Origin: Pseudovirgaria hyperparasitica
Taxonomy: Eukaryota
Strand: one strand, 5' to 3'
Assembly: GCA_010093815.1 (NCBI GenBank)
Contig: ML996574.1
DNA: 64,000 nucleotides
The notes below the pieces were generated by a model. It ran no database searches. It had not been told where the DNA came from and worked only from the letters and a program-made list of their open reading frames with translations. This document shows, in pieces, positions 25,835 to 39,200 of the stretch. Positions within the stretch are counted from its first letter, which is position 1; each line of letters begins with the position of its first letter. Made by a program: the position numbers and the translations under genes.

Positions 25835-27487
25835 AGTAGTAGTGGGACTGTGTAGTAAGTTTCGTAGAGGTGCAGCGAGGCGGATATATAAAGATGCAGT
25901 GAAGAGAGGTAGCGCAGGAGACAAATTAGAATGTGCCAGTCCAATGAAGCATCAAGCCTCATGTACGAATTGTATCCTCAGAGGACCAGCGTCGTGTAAC
26001 GACAAGGCAGCATTCAATCATTCACTCGTCGCGCGGGCGGCGTCGCAACGCTTTGAGGCGTGCGGCCGCTGTCTAGGCAAAACCTCGGCTGTGGGCGGGG
26101 GGCACGACCACTGTCAATTGAATGACCTGGACCGCCCTTCCACGATGTCCATTGTAGCTTTCATGACACAATCATTGATATTATCACCAAGAGGCATGCC
26201 CTATAAGTCATGTGATGACAAAATGGGATGAGACAGGGTCCAACGTCAACCTATTCGCGATCCACTCCAGGATGCATACAGTAGGGATCGACATCATCCG
26301 TGTTGAAAGAAAGGATGCTGAAACCCTTTCTCACATATGGTCATTAGTTCCACCCCTGACGTCGGTACTTCTCACTCCATTTACTTGGCCTGAATAGAAA
26401 TATATATATATATGCCACCTCATCATGGGAGACGCAACAAATTACAAGGGACATCTGCCATTTTTCGGCCTGATGTTATTAAGCGAAAAGAACCGGAAGA
26501 AAGGAGACGTCATCATTGAGATATGGAAGACATGCATATGTCAAGAGGTGTCCGGTCATCTGAAAGCCTGTCAATTCAGTCGCTTCCCGGGTAGATTGTG
26601 TTCAAGCTTTACGTGTTCAAGTCATATATCGGACTTTTTAAGGGGTCGTCGTTACCTGCTGGCATATTGCACTCGAAGCAGCACTCAACACCACAATCTT
26701 TGTGTATGCACTTGTCTGCTGATCCCGGATTTGTACTCACGTATCTGAAATATACGTCGCTGGCTTCGACCTTGCGGAGTCCTGGTGCATTTCATAGAAG
26801 TATTAATAGCGCATCTGATCGTACCGATCTACAAAGCATGGAGTCGAAAGCAGCCGCGACCCATTGCCCGGTTCTATTCTCGACGTTTAGAAGTAGCATA
26901 GATAGATTGTCGACATACAAGAAGGCAAAGCTGTATAGTTTGGGCCCACCTTTAGAAGCACCATCACTATGGATTAGTTCCGCCCAGACCTTGCGTTACT
27001 TAATGAGCAGAACACGTCTGGTCTCATATAATGCTTGTTATTCGGTTAGTAATCGAGTGGACTTCGCTATCCGGTCAGATTGTGACTACGTTTGGCTAGG
27101 CAAACCACTGGTCTTGTCATAAAACAAACGAGCAGACAACATGACCTTCATGCCAAAAAACATACCAGTGAAATAGATTGTGTCTAACATGATATGTCTT
27201 TACAGAAGGAACGACACGTACAGCCGCATGCTGTGGACACAGAAGGTGTGTTGTAGTGCAATGATACTTCAGCCTGGAGCGTATTATGGGAAGGTGATAT
27301 GTGAAACACGGTTCCTTACGCATTACTCGAGCTAGTACTTTAAGACTCTCCTCTTTGGTATATCAATGCCCAGCCTACCATTCCCACGATCTTCTCAGGC
27401 TCCAACTGTCACCATCACTTCTCTCAAAGTCTATCTATAATCCATTTACATCGCAACTCTACACCCTCATTATACCTGTCGAACATT

Positions 27488-28273
27488 GTGCCATCAATAC
27501 CAATTGACGACTTCACGTGCTATGGTCTGACCCTCGATAGCAGCGACAAGCATCTAAAACATTTCGAAGAAATGCATGGAGTCACACAAGTTTCAGGACG
27601 ACCAAGAACGTCGATGAGTAGCCGGTACAGCCCTCTGCATGATCCGAGTGCTATCAAGAACGCATTTCCAAAGTTCCATGACCCACAACTCGTACCTTTA
27701 TCAGCTTTCACCGCAACGGAAACAGCTTCTTCGCTCTGCGAATACTACGACAAGCAACCGCCATCATTCAACATTACATGGCACTGGCGCTGCCATATGT
27801 GTTCCCAGATCAACAACCCAGTGTCCCTCTGTCCTAGATGCGATCATGACTACGTTGGATGCAAATCGTGCTCCCGTGTATTTTTTCGACCTTGTTCACC
27901 AATACTCTGCCAAGAACATGGGTTTTTTGCCTCTACCGATGGGTTGTCTCTCATGATCGGCAGCAACGCACCTGCTCGACAGCATGATGAGGCGGGGTGC
28001 CGGAGAAGTAACAGGATTAAATTCGAGGAGTCCACGCATAATGAGATAGAAAAAGTAAGATCAGAGAGCCAGACGGTTCCCTTTCCGGCGCCGGCTACGA
28101 GACGAAGGATAGACAAGACGCCGTCGAAACACAGAATGAAGGCTTCAATAAGAAGAATCGTGGACAAGATCCGTGGCTTCAAGGAAAAGTTCCATGAACG
28201 TAATGCTAACAAGAACGGTGGTGATACCGCTCTTTGGAAATTGAGGGTACGCTACCAGGGTAGCCCCTTTTAG
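27488..28273 (+). CDS. Hypothetical protein with Cys/His cluster (possible Zn ribbon) and basic C-terminus
   Basis: 261-codon open frame containing WRCHMC-x9-CPRCDH-x4-CKSC. The frame opens at GTG 27488; the first ATG is at 27572. Confidence 0.5.
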   Translation: MPSIPIDDFTCYGLTLDSSDKHLKHFEEMHGVTQVSGRPRTSMSSRYSPLHDPSAIKNAFPKFHDPQLVPLSAFTATETASSLCEYYDKQPPSFNITWHWRCHMCSQINNPVSLCPRCDHDYVGCKSCSRVFFRPCSPILCQEHGFFASTDGLSLMIGSNAPARQHDEAGCRRSNRIKFEESTHNEIEKVRSESQTVPFPAPATRRRIDKTPSKHRMKASIRRIVDKIRGFKEKFHERNANKNGGDTALWKLRVRYQGSPF

Positions 28274-28289
28274 AGCGTAGCTTGTTCAA

Positions 28290-30143
28290 TGTCTCGCCTA
28301 TATCTGCTGAAGCTCTGAATCCTGATCGTGAAGGAATCAGGGTGACACATGAGTGATAGATCAATTCTAACTTTATTCACCCAGATAGTGTGTCAAAACA
28401 CTTGTTAGATCCGTGGGGTGGAAACGTGCTTCCAGACTTCGGCACATAAAATCCGAATCCATGCAAGCTCAATCTGCTCAAATATTCTAATAGAGAATAC
28501 AAGCTCAATCCACGCCTCAAAAATGATTGCCAAGACGGTATAATTCTAATCCGATTAGTTAGATTGCTTATGTTAGATTAAATATATAGGGTGTATATTT
28601 ATTAGTCGATTTTAGTAAGGTTCTAGTAGTAAGTTTCTTATATATACGTGACTCTATAGTCTAAAGGAGGTTATTTACGAGGAGACGTGTAATTTAAGGC
28701 CCTATATATACTTATATTAGTCGAATATATACCTAATAATGTCATGACTTAGCCACTTAGTCTCCCTATCTCCTTCCTAATCGGGTAATCTTATATGATA
28801 TAAGCGATTTAATTTAATATAAGCAATCTCAATCTCTTAGCATAGATTCCAAGCTTAATCCGTACTTTTAAGGTAACTAATCGTACAATCCTAATCTAGG
28901 CACTCGGATTGTATCCGATTGTATATGCCGAAGTCTGCGTGCTTCCGAGCATGAAGATTAAGAGATCGCAAGCTTACGCGTCGATCAGATAGGTCGAGAC
29001 ACTAATTATCGTCGAAGATGCCATTCGGACCAGTGAGATGATCCAATGTACTCTTAGATGGTTGGTCCATGCGAAGCCGAATAATAGACCAAGTGGAAGG
29101 ACTATGGCGGCAGTCATCAATGGTGGAATGCGCGATTCTGGAGGCACGCCTTGACCGTGCTTCGAGATGATTTGGTAACGTCTCTCGTCAAAGGACAAGA
29201 AAAGAGACCCTAATATCGTGCCAAAAACAATTTCTAAGAAAGCGAGCCCACCGATGCTTTGGCCCCAGCCCTTGCCATGCCCTTTACGATTGGTAAGGCG
29301 TCTATGGACAGATAGAAGATACCAGATATGAGCGCGAGGTCCCTGCTCATAAGCAGCATGATCAGTCCTTGAAATAGTATGGCCTATGGTCTTGTCAGTG
29401 CCGTCTTGTAGAGTTTGAGTATGGATGTACTCTCCGAACCAGCTCTTGCTCTGACTCCATAGATTTTACCACTCATGACTGACAAGGCATCCGCCTTTTT
29501 TTTCTAATATCATGGGTGCGCATGTCTCCGATAGTATGAGTATACCAATCAACTATGTAAGGCCAATCAGTGCTGCGCTTGACCCTTGAACCCATCTCCA
29601 GCCAGCTGGATTGGAGAGAAATTCTCCAATGACTGGGTCGAGTGATTTTCCCAACATGATGACAGTTCCCAAAACGCACATCGGAAGACTACGCTGGCCT
29701 GCAGGATAAAGGTCTGGTATTACACTAGCTAGAGCCGTAAGAGCTGAAGAGCCACAAGCACCAGTAAGGAACCGGAGCACGACCAGAGATGGGAAGTTCG
29801 GCGAAGCAGCTGCATTGAAGCTCGTTGCAGCTGGAAATGTGACAACAAAAAGCAGCTGTCGACGATACAGTTCTGAGAGTGGACTCCAGATGAGCGGACC
29901 AATCGTGAAGCCAAACGGACCACTTCAGAGCTCTAGAGAAGAGCCAAGGGTTGTGAGGATCGTGCGAGGCCCATGAGACGGGACATGATCTGGTGAGAGT
30001 ACCAGAGCCCTCGTAGACGGTCCCTGCAATGCATTCTGTGAACAGCACTTTGGTAATACTATTGTATGATGAACTGAAGGACCTTCAAATGGGTCATTGA
30101 TGGTTATCACAGACACATTCGGTGTCTCCTTTGCTTGCGCCAT
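28290..30143 (-). pseudogene. Degenerate DHA1-type (12-TMS) MFS transporter pseudogene, interrupted by a hAT-type element
   Basis: Colinear fragments in different frames: YEGSGT...WASHDPHNPWLFSRALKW, LRFLTGACGSSALT...IPDLYPAGQRS...GEFLSNPAGWRWVQ, PPESRIPPLMTAAIVLPLGL..FAWT, YLIDA*. Multiple stops and frameshifts. The 3' boundary is approximate. Confidence 0.8.
28433..28937. mobile_element. Non-autonomous hAT-superfamily DNA transposon (MITE-like), 505 bp
   Basis: Left TIR CAGACTTCGGCACATAAAATC (28433) and right TIR reverse complement CAGACTTCGGCATATACAATC (28917-28937) match at 19/21. Perfect 8-bp flanking duplication CGTGCTTC at 28425-28432 and 28938-28945. Subterminal AAGCTCAATC-like repeats and an AT/TpA-rich interior with no ORF. 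Confidence 0.9.
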
Positions 30144-30613
30144 CAAGGAAAATGAATGGAAGAGGTGCAAAAAGGTGACGTTCAGCCTACATTGGTGCGC
30201 GACTTGAGGTTCAGGCTTGAGTACATCGGATCAGCCAGAACGCAGTTTCGAGTAATATTTTGTAATCCCTTTGTATTGCGCAGCCTATGTCTCACGATCA
30301 TGTTAATGCTTATGTAGGACAGCCCAGTCGCTCCATGTCGTAAAGCATGGCTCGGTAAGCTGCGGAGTTGGTTCTGCATAACATTAAGAGAAATCTATAG
30401 CCTGGGAGCTATGGTCACCATGGAGTCGAGATAGATGCGGGCAATATCGGTGATCTCATATCATGAAAGACTATAAGAGCATCTATAACATAAGAAATGA
30501 AATAATTCTTAGCTATTCTCACAATGCTGTACAAGTGGTTGGGAGGCCATTCCCACCCCCAACTGTCTATCACTTCCGCTCTTTTGCTGATCTGATTCTT
30601 ACCATATACAGTT

Positions 30614-31893
30614 TCACTGTCCTGGCTTGCGCTGCTGGTAAGGAGGGTTGTATACCAGCTTCCGTGTCTTGATTGGAGCCCACTTATACCTATATATTTG
30701 TCAGTAGTCTTGTACTTGTACTTTCAAGACTGAAGTCTCGAGAAAGGCACGCGCAGCGCTTACCTCTTGACCCATATGCTGACTGCGAAAAGTACGCTAG
30801 TCACTGCGAGCACCTTCCAACCCATTTTCTTCCGTTCATCCATCTCGGGTTCGGCAGACCAGTTCAAAAATTCGACGACGTCTTTGGCCATCTGAGACGT
30901 GGTAGCTGGGGTTCCGTCTTCGTATTCAACGAGACCATCGTAGAGGACTCGTGCCATGGCAATGCCAGTTCCGGGAAAATAAGGGTTGAAGTTCAGGCCA
31001 TCGGCGACTTGAGCACCTGGTGGTGGCTCCTCTGGGTACCCAGTCAATAGGCTGAAGATGTAATCGCAGCCTCCATGACGCGCCTTGACCATCAAGCTTA
31101 AATCTGGAGGCAGAGCACCTTGATTGGCAGCGCGAGCGGCTTCGTCATTCTTATATGGGCTTGGGAGGTAGTCAGATAATTTTCCGGGTCGCTTTTCAAT
31201 TTCTCCCTCATCGTTTGGTTCGGTATCATATTCGTTCTCTTCAGCTAGTGCTTTGGCTTCGTCGACGGTCATGATGGTTCCGACAAGAGTTCTGTATGGA
31301 ACTCGAGCAAGTGAATGGCAGGATGCGCAAACCTCGCGGTAGACTTGAAATCCTCGTCGTAGCCTGGAAGTGTCAGATTTGGCCAGACGAACACTGTGCC
31401 ATTACAAAACGTACGCTTGATGATCAAATGTCTTGTGCCATTTGGCGTGTTCCCAAGGATAGTGTGTGGCATGAAGACTAAGGGCTTGTGGTCAGCGAGT
31501 TCTCCATTTTTCAAGTATGGCGATCAAATGAAGTAGGACATATGTTGCTGAAGGATTTACTAACCCTTCTTCGGCCATCGTGGCCGCATTCAACTCTTTG
31601 CCGTAGAGATGCCAGTACCAGGCGACGGATCCAATGGCGAACGCGGTGGCAGCCGATGCGGTGGCGGTGGCTCTCCAGGCATCAGAGGCTTGTTCGGTAG
31701 AAGAGCTAGAAGAGGAGGCAGCGCGCTGGGGTAAAATCAATCAGTACGCAACTTCGTGAAGATAACATCGGCGAAAGAGGTGATGCGTAGTCAAGCATGA
31801 AGTTTCGGTACATACTGAAGCTGGCTTTCCGGCCACATTGCGTGCGACAGGGCGCACAACACGCGCTGAGCGAAGACACGATCTCGCCAGCAT
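30614..31893 (-). CDS. CYT1: Cytochrome c1 (complex III), mitochondrial precursor, 5 exons
   Basis: Presequence MLARSCLRSARVVRPVAR, GLHATHYPWEH...TFDHQA|LRRGFQVYREVCASCHSL (heme CxxCH), ALPPDLSLMVKARHGG, FPGTGIAMARVLYD, TM anchor, and last exon YKWAPIKTRKLVYNPP. Confidence 0.97.
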
Positions 31894-32031
31894 GGTGAGG
31901 TCTGACCTGATGATGCCCGGGGGACGAAATTGGGCGGATGCTGTGGGCAATTGATGTCGAAGGAGGTTTTGGAGGAATCTTGGTAGGGAAAGAGCTCTCT
32001 CTCGTCAACCGGGGCTTGGCATCCTGATCTG

Positions 32032-32051
32032 ATTAAGCGCCTTCTGATTGG
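32032..32051 (-). promoter_or_regulatory. CCAAT box with exact CSAAT-N12-RWT spacing (candidate CBC:HapX site) upstream of CYT1
   Basis: Minus strand CCAAT-cagaaggcgctt-AAT, about 140-160 bp upstream of the CYT1 ATG. A second CCAAT is at 32121-32125. Confidence 0.55.
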
Positions 32052-32278
32052 CCGCAACTTTCCTCGGTGACCTCTTCGATGTTGGAATGCGATACGAACG
32101 CAAATAGTCATTTTCAAGATCCAATCAACCGTATATTGCCTGGCACTTATGTACTTGTTTCATCGGTTTCATAAGCGTACTACGAATGGTTTTACTACAT
32201 ATCACTAATATACACGGATCTGCGAATGACAGCATCTTTCGGCTGACATTCCTTTGTCTTGAATACTTTCAACTGCAG

Positions 32279-33060
32279 TCAGAACCAGTGTTCTGCATGC
32301 GTTATGTCGAGCAAGAGTGTGTGTACTATCAGACTCAAATAGCGCACGCATCCATAAGTTTCTGGCACGCGGAGCCATTGTTCACATAGTCCGTCCAGCA
32401 GTCCATGATCTCTCCTGGTACCATTTGGGCCACTGTCGAAGATCTCATAAAGAAACCATCTCTGAAACCTGTCTACAGTACCGCTTTCACGAAACCTACT
32501 ATCAGTACGCAACCGCATTCAAATGTTAGAGGGCGAGAGTCATGGCCCCATCTACACCTTGGACGAGTCTTACTTGGACCTGAATCTTTGCTGAACGGCT
32601 CCTTTGGCTTGCTTGTACGTATTCGAGATCAGAATCGGATAGATCCTGTTTTTGGAAAATGTCTTACTGAGATCCTCACACCTCGTCTTCCACGTGGCTT
32701 GGACGTTTCCAATGTCTTCGTGCGGTCCAGACTGAGATGTTGGATCTACCCACTTTCCTTCAGCCGACTGGAAAGTGTCCAGACTCGGCCTTTCAACTTG
32801 CTCTACGATAGCCCATACATTTTTCCAATATGGGGCATGCGTAGACCAGCGCCAATTCGCATAAGCAAAGTGAAGCCCATGTTTGGCGGGTAAATCACAG
32901 AGCTCGCAAAGACCATTGAATTATCGTTGGCGGTCAGTCCCAATCATCTCAGCTGATGTATGTGATGAACCAGACTATAGAGAGAGTTTAGTACGCTCGA
33001 CGCGATGGAATCCATTTGTGCTCATACCTGAAGCAGGTCTGTGGCGATTGAGCCCATCAT
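32279..33060 (-). pseudogene. Cryptic three-exon gene or pseudogene of unknown family with one in-frame TAA
   Basis: MMGSIATDLLQ | intron 33027-32975 (GTATGA...TACTAAAC...CTATAG) | SGSSHTSAEMIGTDRQR*FNGLCELC...YANWRWSTHAPYWKNVW...QRFRSK | intron 32573-32496 (GTAAGA...TAG) | FRESGTVDRFQRWFLYE...GLLDGLCEQWL...HWF*. Both introns rejoin in frame. Confidence 0.5.
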
Positions 33061-33696
33061 CTTAGTCACGAGCGCAATTGAACGTGTTTGTCCTTTCTAC
33101 AGGGGCTCTTTATCCACCACTCAAATTTGGCAAGCGGTTGAGGCATCATCACTTTCATTCCTTGGTATCAAGCTGAATCTCCAGGACAGTCCCAATAGTG
33201 CATGGGTCGTCATAAGCATGCGCTTAAACATCTTTATAACGGCACGCACTTGCTAGCACTCGTAGGTCGGGGTATTCAAGTTAAATTGCCTCGAAGCCGG
33301 CTCAGATTCTCTGGTAGCGTATGTCACTGCTTATAACCAGTGGAGATGTTGGCAAACGATATCGGTCTAGTCTCTAAGATGCGCGACAGAGAGACATTTT
33401 AACATGTGGCTATCAATTGGAAGAGCAACTACCCGAAGCCGCTATGTACAGTATTTTGGCATTGGAGGGGACTTGAGCATCATAAAAACGATGACGTCAA
33501 GTCTAGGCTCCGGCCACCTCATACAATAGCTGGAGCTGACTTCATATGATTGTTGTGTGGCCCTGAATACGTATATAAAAATCGCGTATACATTGGGTAA
33601 ACCCTCGCGAGGAGTCGGTCGGCGTCGGCGAGGCGTCTATCGGTCAGCGAGGGACCAGTCGGTAGCCGCATGTGAACATCATATTGCCCGCTCTGA

Positions 33697-35258
<1,562 letters not shown>

Positions 35259-36219
35259 TCTTCCAAGGCTGACAATTTTCCTTGTTTGTATACCTTGAAC
35301 TGGGCGTTGAAGGGATGAAAAGTGGCTATCATGAATGCATTATGACACACCTCTCTCGCTGCATCCTGTTGCCACTGTATATATCCTGCAGGCGCTCATT
35401 CCAGCTTACTCACAGGTGGGGGCGGGATCCATGTAAAATGTATATGGAACATGCAGCCCTGAAGGCAAACATCCTGGACGCCGTGAAGTTACGAGCCCCG
35501 CTCGCCTACCCCTGTAGCAATCTACATTTTGCATCCTTGTTCATCTCAATCGGTGAAGAGATCCCGGAAGTGAGACCAGATGCGGGCATGCAGGAGTTCG
35601 AATCGAGAAGATCGGACTTACGTAAACGTATCCAGCAGCCGTGCCAGCAGTTGTTATGAAATGTTGGTGGCGTGTGCGTCGAACGCCTGATCCGTTCTCA
35701 TTTATTGTACGGCGTGGGCTGCAATTGTGCGTTGTACGTTTCACGCCACGCTGTCAGGCGTGCGGCATGAATATGAGTGGCAAGAAGCAAATTACCATGG
35801 CGGGAACGCGGAGTCCGAAAAAGCCGGCCGTCCCAGGAGTCTGGAGAGTTGTGCGCCTCATATTCACTAGTGGTCGATCACGCGGCTCGGGCTTATTGTG
35901 GGGAACTGCACAAGCTAGCTCAGTATTCATGTAAATGTATATATGTATCAATTTCGTAAATAGGGTGATGAGTAAGAAAATAGTACCGAGTGTAAGGTGC
36001 CCCTAAATTTACCGATGTGTTTTCACCGGACCGGCCAGTGCAAGACCAACAAAAGAGATGAATGGATTGAAGCGAGTGACGAGGTTCTCATGAAGACATT
36101 AGGAAAATAAGTCTTGTGTGTATGCCTATATTTATTGACGCCAAGTCGTTTGCGCCGTGAATAATGATTCCAGTACGCCGGATGCTGTGCTTTGTAAAAC
36201 TGACAATAAGCCGATGCGG

Positions 36220-39200
36220 TCATGTGCTCTCACTCTCTTCTGCAGAATGGTAGAGTTGGGCAAATTTCGATTCGGGCTGGCTGAGAAGGGAATATGGAGC
36301 ATCGTACTCGACGATTCGGCCGCCTTCCATCATGGCAACGCGGTCGAAGTCGAGGATGGAGTCGAGCTTATGTGCCACTGTGATGACAGTGTGGTATGCA
36401 AACTTTGTCCGCAAAACATCTTGAATGACGACCTCTGTTTGTGCGTCGACGCTGGAGATATGTTAGCAAGGTGCAATGATAGATGGTAAATTGGCATACC
36501 TCGACGTCGCTTCGTCAAGTACCAATATCCTCCCAGGACGAAGCATGGCTCGAGCCAAACAAAACAGCTGTTTCTGCCCCTGACTAAAATGACAATCTTC
36601 CACCAGCGTACTTAGACCACCCTTCTCACTGATGATGTTCCACAATTGGACGCTTTCCAAGGCTTCGATGATATCGCTTTCTGCAGCAGTGCCAGTAGGC
36701 GACGCATTTTCCTGAACGGTCCCAGGAAAGAGATACGCATCTTGTGGAACCCCTATTATTCTTGACCGAACAGTCTGGCGGGGTATGGTCGCGATATCGA
36801 TACCGTCGATGATAAGTGACCCTGAGGTCTGGTCAAGCATGCGGAACAGGGTCAGCATAAGTGATGATTTGCCACTACCAGTTCTGCCACATATGGCAAC
36901 CTTCTGTCCTGGCTGTATTGACAAGTCTAGATTCTCAAGGACATTCGATGGGGGCCTTGATGCTGTTAGTGACCAGTACGTTCTGGAGACGAGACACGCT
37001 TACTTGTAAGAGGCCGATACATTCTTGAATTCGATTGATCCCTTTGATGGCCAAACCGCAGGTGGCTGTTGAGACTCATGCTGCTGATGCTCATCGGCAG
37101 TATCCTCGGTGAAAGACTTGATGCGAGCTATTGCACCTATGTTTGTCTCAAGCATCGTCCAGAAAACAACAAGTTGTTTTATATATTGGCTGAACATGAT
37201 CACATTGAGCATAGCCACTCCTACGTATCCGGCACTCAATTGACCTCGCAGGTTGACCACCAGAGAGATGAGCAGGACCGCGACTGCGGCCACCATAAGA
37301 TCAAGAACGAGAGTGATCCATCTTTGGACAGCGAAGAGCAGATAGAATGGACGCTGAGACCGATCAAGAAGGCCCCGAACACGCACTTGAAGGGCGTCCT
37401 GCCAACAAAATGCTCGAATAGTTGCTAGACCACCGAGGCATTCTACAAGCTCGGACATAAGTGGCGACTTTGCTTCGAGATCAAGGAACCGAAGTTGGCG
37501 AGATGTCCGGAGATAGAACTTTTGCACTAAGTAAAGAACGATTACGCATATAGGAAAGGAAATCGCAGCGTAAGCAGATGCTACACCAATGAGAACCATT
37601 TGTGCAATACACATCACGACGACTGTGCACGTTAGCGGATTCCAACTGTATTCGTGCTGCCTTACCTGTAAAGGTCTGTAGGGCATTGACGGGCAAGTCC
37701 ATATCGATTAATTGCAAATCCTGGCTGAACCTGTTGATTGTTACACCAGTATCGGTAGTACTGAAGAAACGCATGGGAGCGCTGATTATGTCACAGTTAG
37801 CAGTCATCCCAACGTGATCAGTTTCTGGTGACGTATACGTACTTCAGGACAGTCTTGAGTATCTTCTCGTGGAAAGCAACACCAGATCTAGGGACTGCAG
37901 TGATGATAATTTGCCTACATGTCATTAGAGTCGTGTTAAAGATAGAGTTGCAGGCTCCTCACCATGTGGCTATGAGAAGGCTCACGATTGCTGATAGCCC
38001 AAGTACAGCGTATATTCCCAGCCAGTATCCTAAGTTGCCGTTCGGGGTTTCTATGTTAGCCGCAGCCCACCATTTAACCCATATACCTGGACGATGTTAA
38101 CTACGAACAATGATGTGATATAGGATTCAACGTACTAGGGAAAGTGTAACAGAAGACAAAGCTCATGATACCGAGAACGAATATTATGGCGGGCATCCAT
38201 CCAATGGCTCGTATATAGTAGCCATACACGGCTATGTCACTCGTTCGTCGAGCATTTTCGGCATCAACACTCACTACGTTTGGCAACTCTTCCTTCGCGT
38301 GCGTGATCGGCGGAAATAGTCCCGCTGTTTTCTCCGTAAATGATCGTCGCACAGAAGCGTGAGCCCAGTCAGTAGGTTGAAGGTTAAAACTCGAAACATA
38401 GCCACCGCTCCGGTTGAGAGTATGGAATGATCCTTGCTCCCCTATAAACCCACTCTGATTGATAGCAACGATGTGATCGGCGTACGGAACACGTTGAGCT
38501 TAGAGCTGGTTAGCTTTTACACATACAGGAATAGTACTGTACTAACCTGATGATGAAGCAAGTACGATCGTAGCCCGCTTCCGGCGAAGGATTCCGTTTT
38601 TACCAAGGAGGTTGTGGAAAACTTTGTTCTCAGTATCTTGATCTAGACTACAGAAGACATCATCGAGGAGGACAATATCTCTCTGCCCGTATACAGCTCT
38701 CGCTAATGCCTGTTTCGTTGTCAGTACGCATCCATTTCCAGAAAAGGTCACATTAAACTTACGATTCGTTGGCTTTGGCCTCCACTGAGGGCAACACCGT
38801 TGCTCCCGATGACAGTTTGATCACCTTGTGGTAAATGTGCGAAATCCTCGTCTAAAGCACAGGCTTCGACAACATCGTGATACCACTTCTCGTCATACCG
38901 ACACGTTATACCAACAATACTCTCTTGAACGGTACTGTTCATGTGCCACGGAGTCTGGTTGCAGTATGCTATGCTAGATGATGAAATGCCTACTCGGCCT
39001 GATACCGTAGGCAGTTCTCCAAGTATTGCTTTCAGCAAGGTGGACTTGCCACAACCCACAGGACCAATCAACATGGTCACTTTCTCTCGAGGAACACTGA
39101 GATTGACATGTTTCAATACTGGAGTCGACTCCTCCGTCCAACCGAAGTTGCCTTCCTGAATGATAATCGCCTCGGGCATGTTATAGTAGCACCGATCTTC

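Noticed and set aside
26212..26321. GTGATGA...CTGA spaced like a C/D snoRNA
   Set aside because: No terminal stem and no recognisable rRNA-complementary guide.
32405..32893. 162-aa plus-strand ORF
   Set aside because: No recognisable motifs. It is better explained as the antisense shadow of the spliced minus-strand model.
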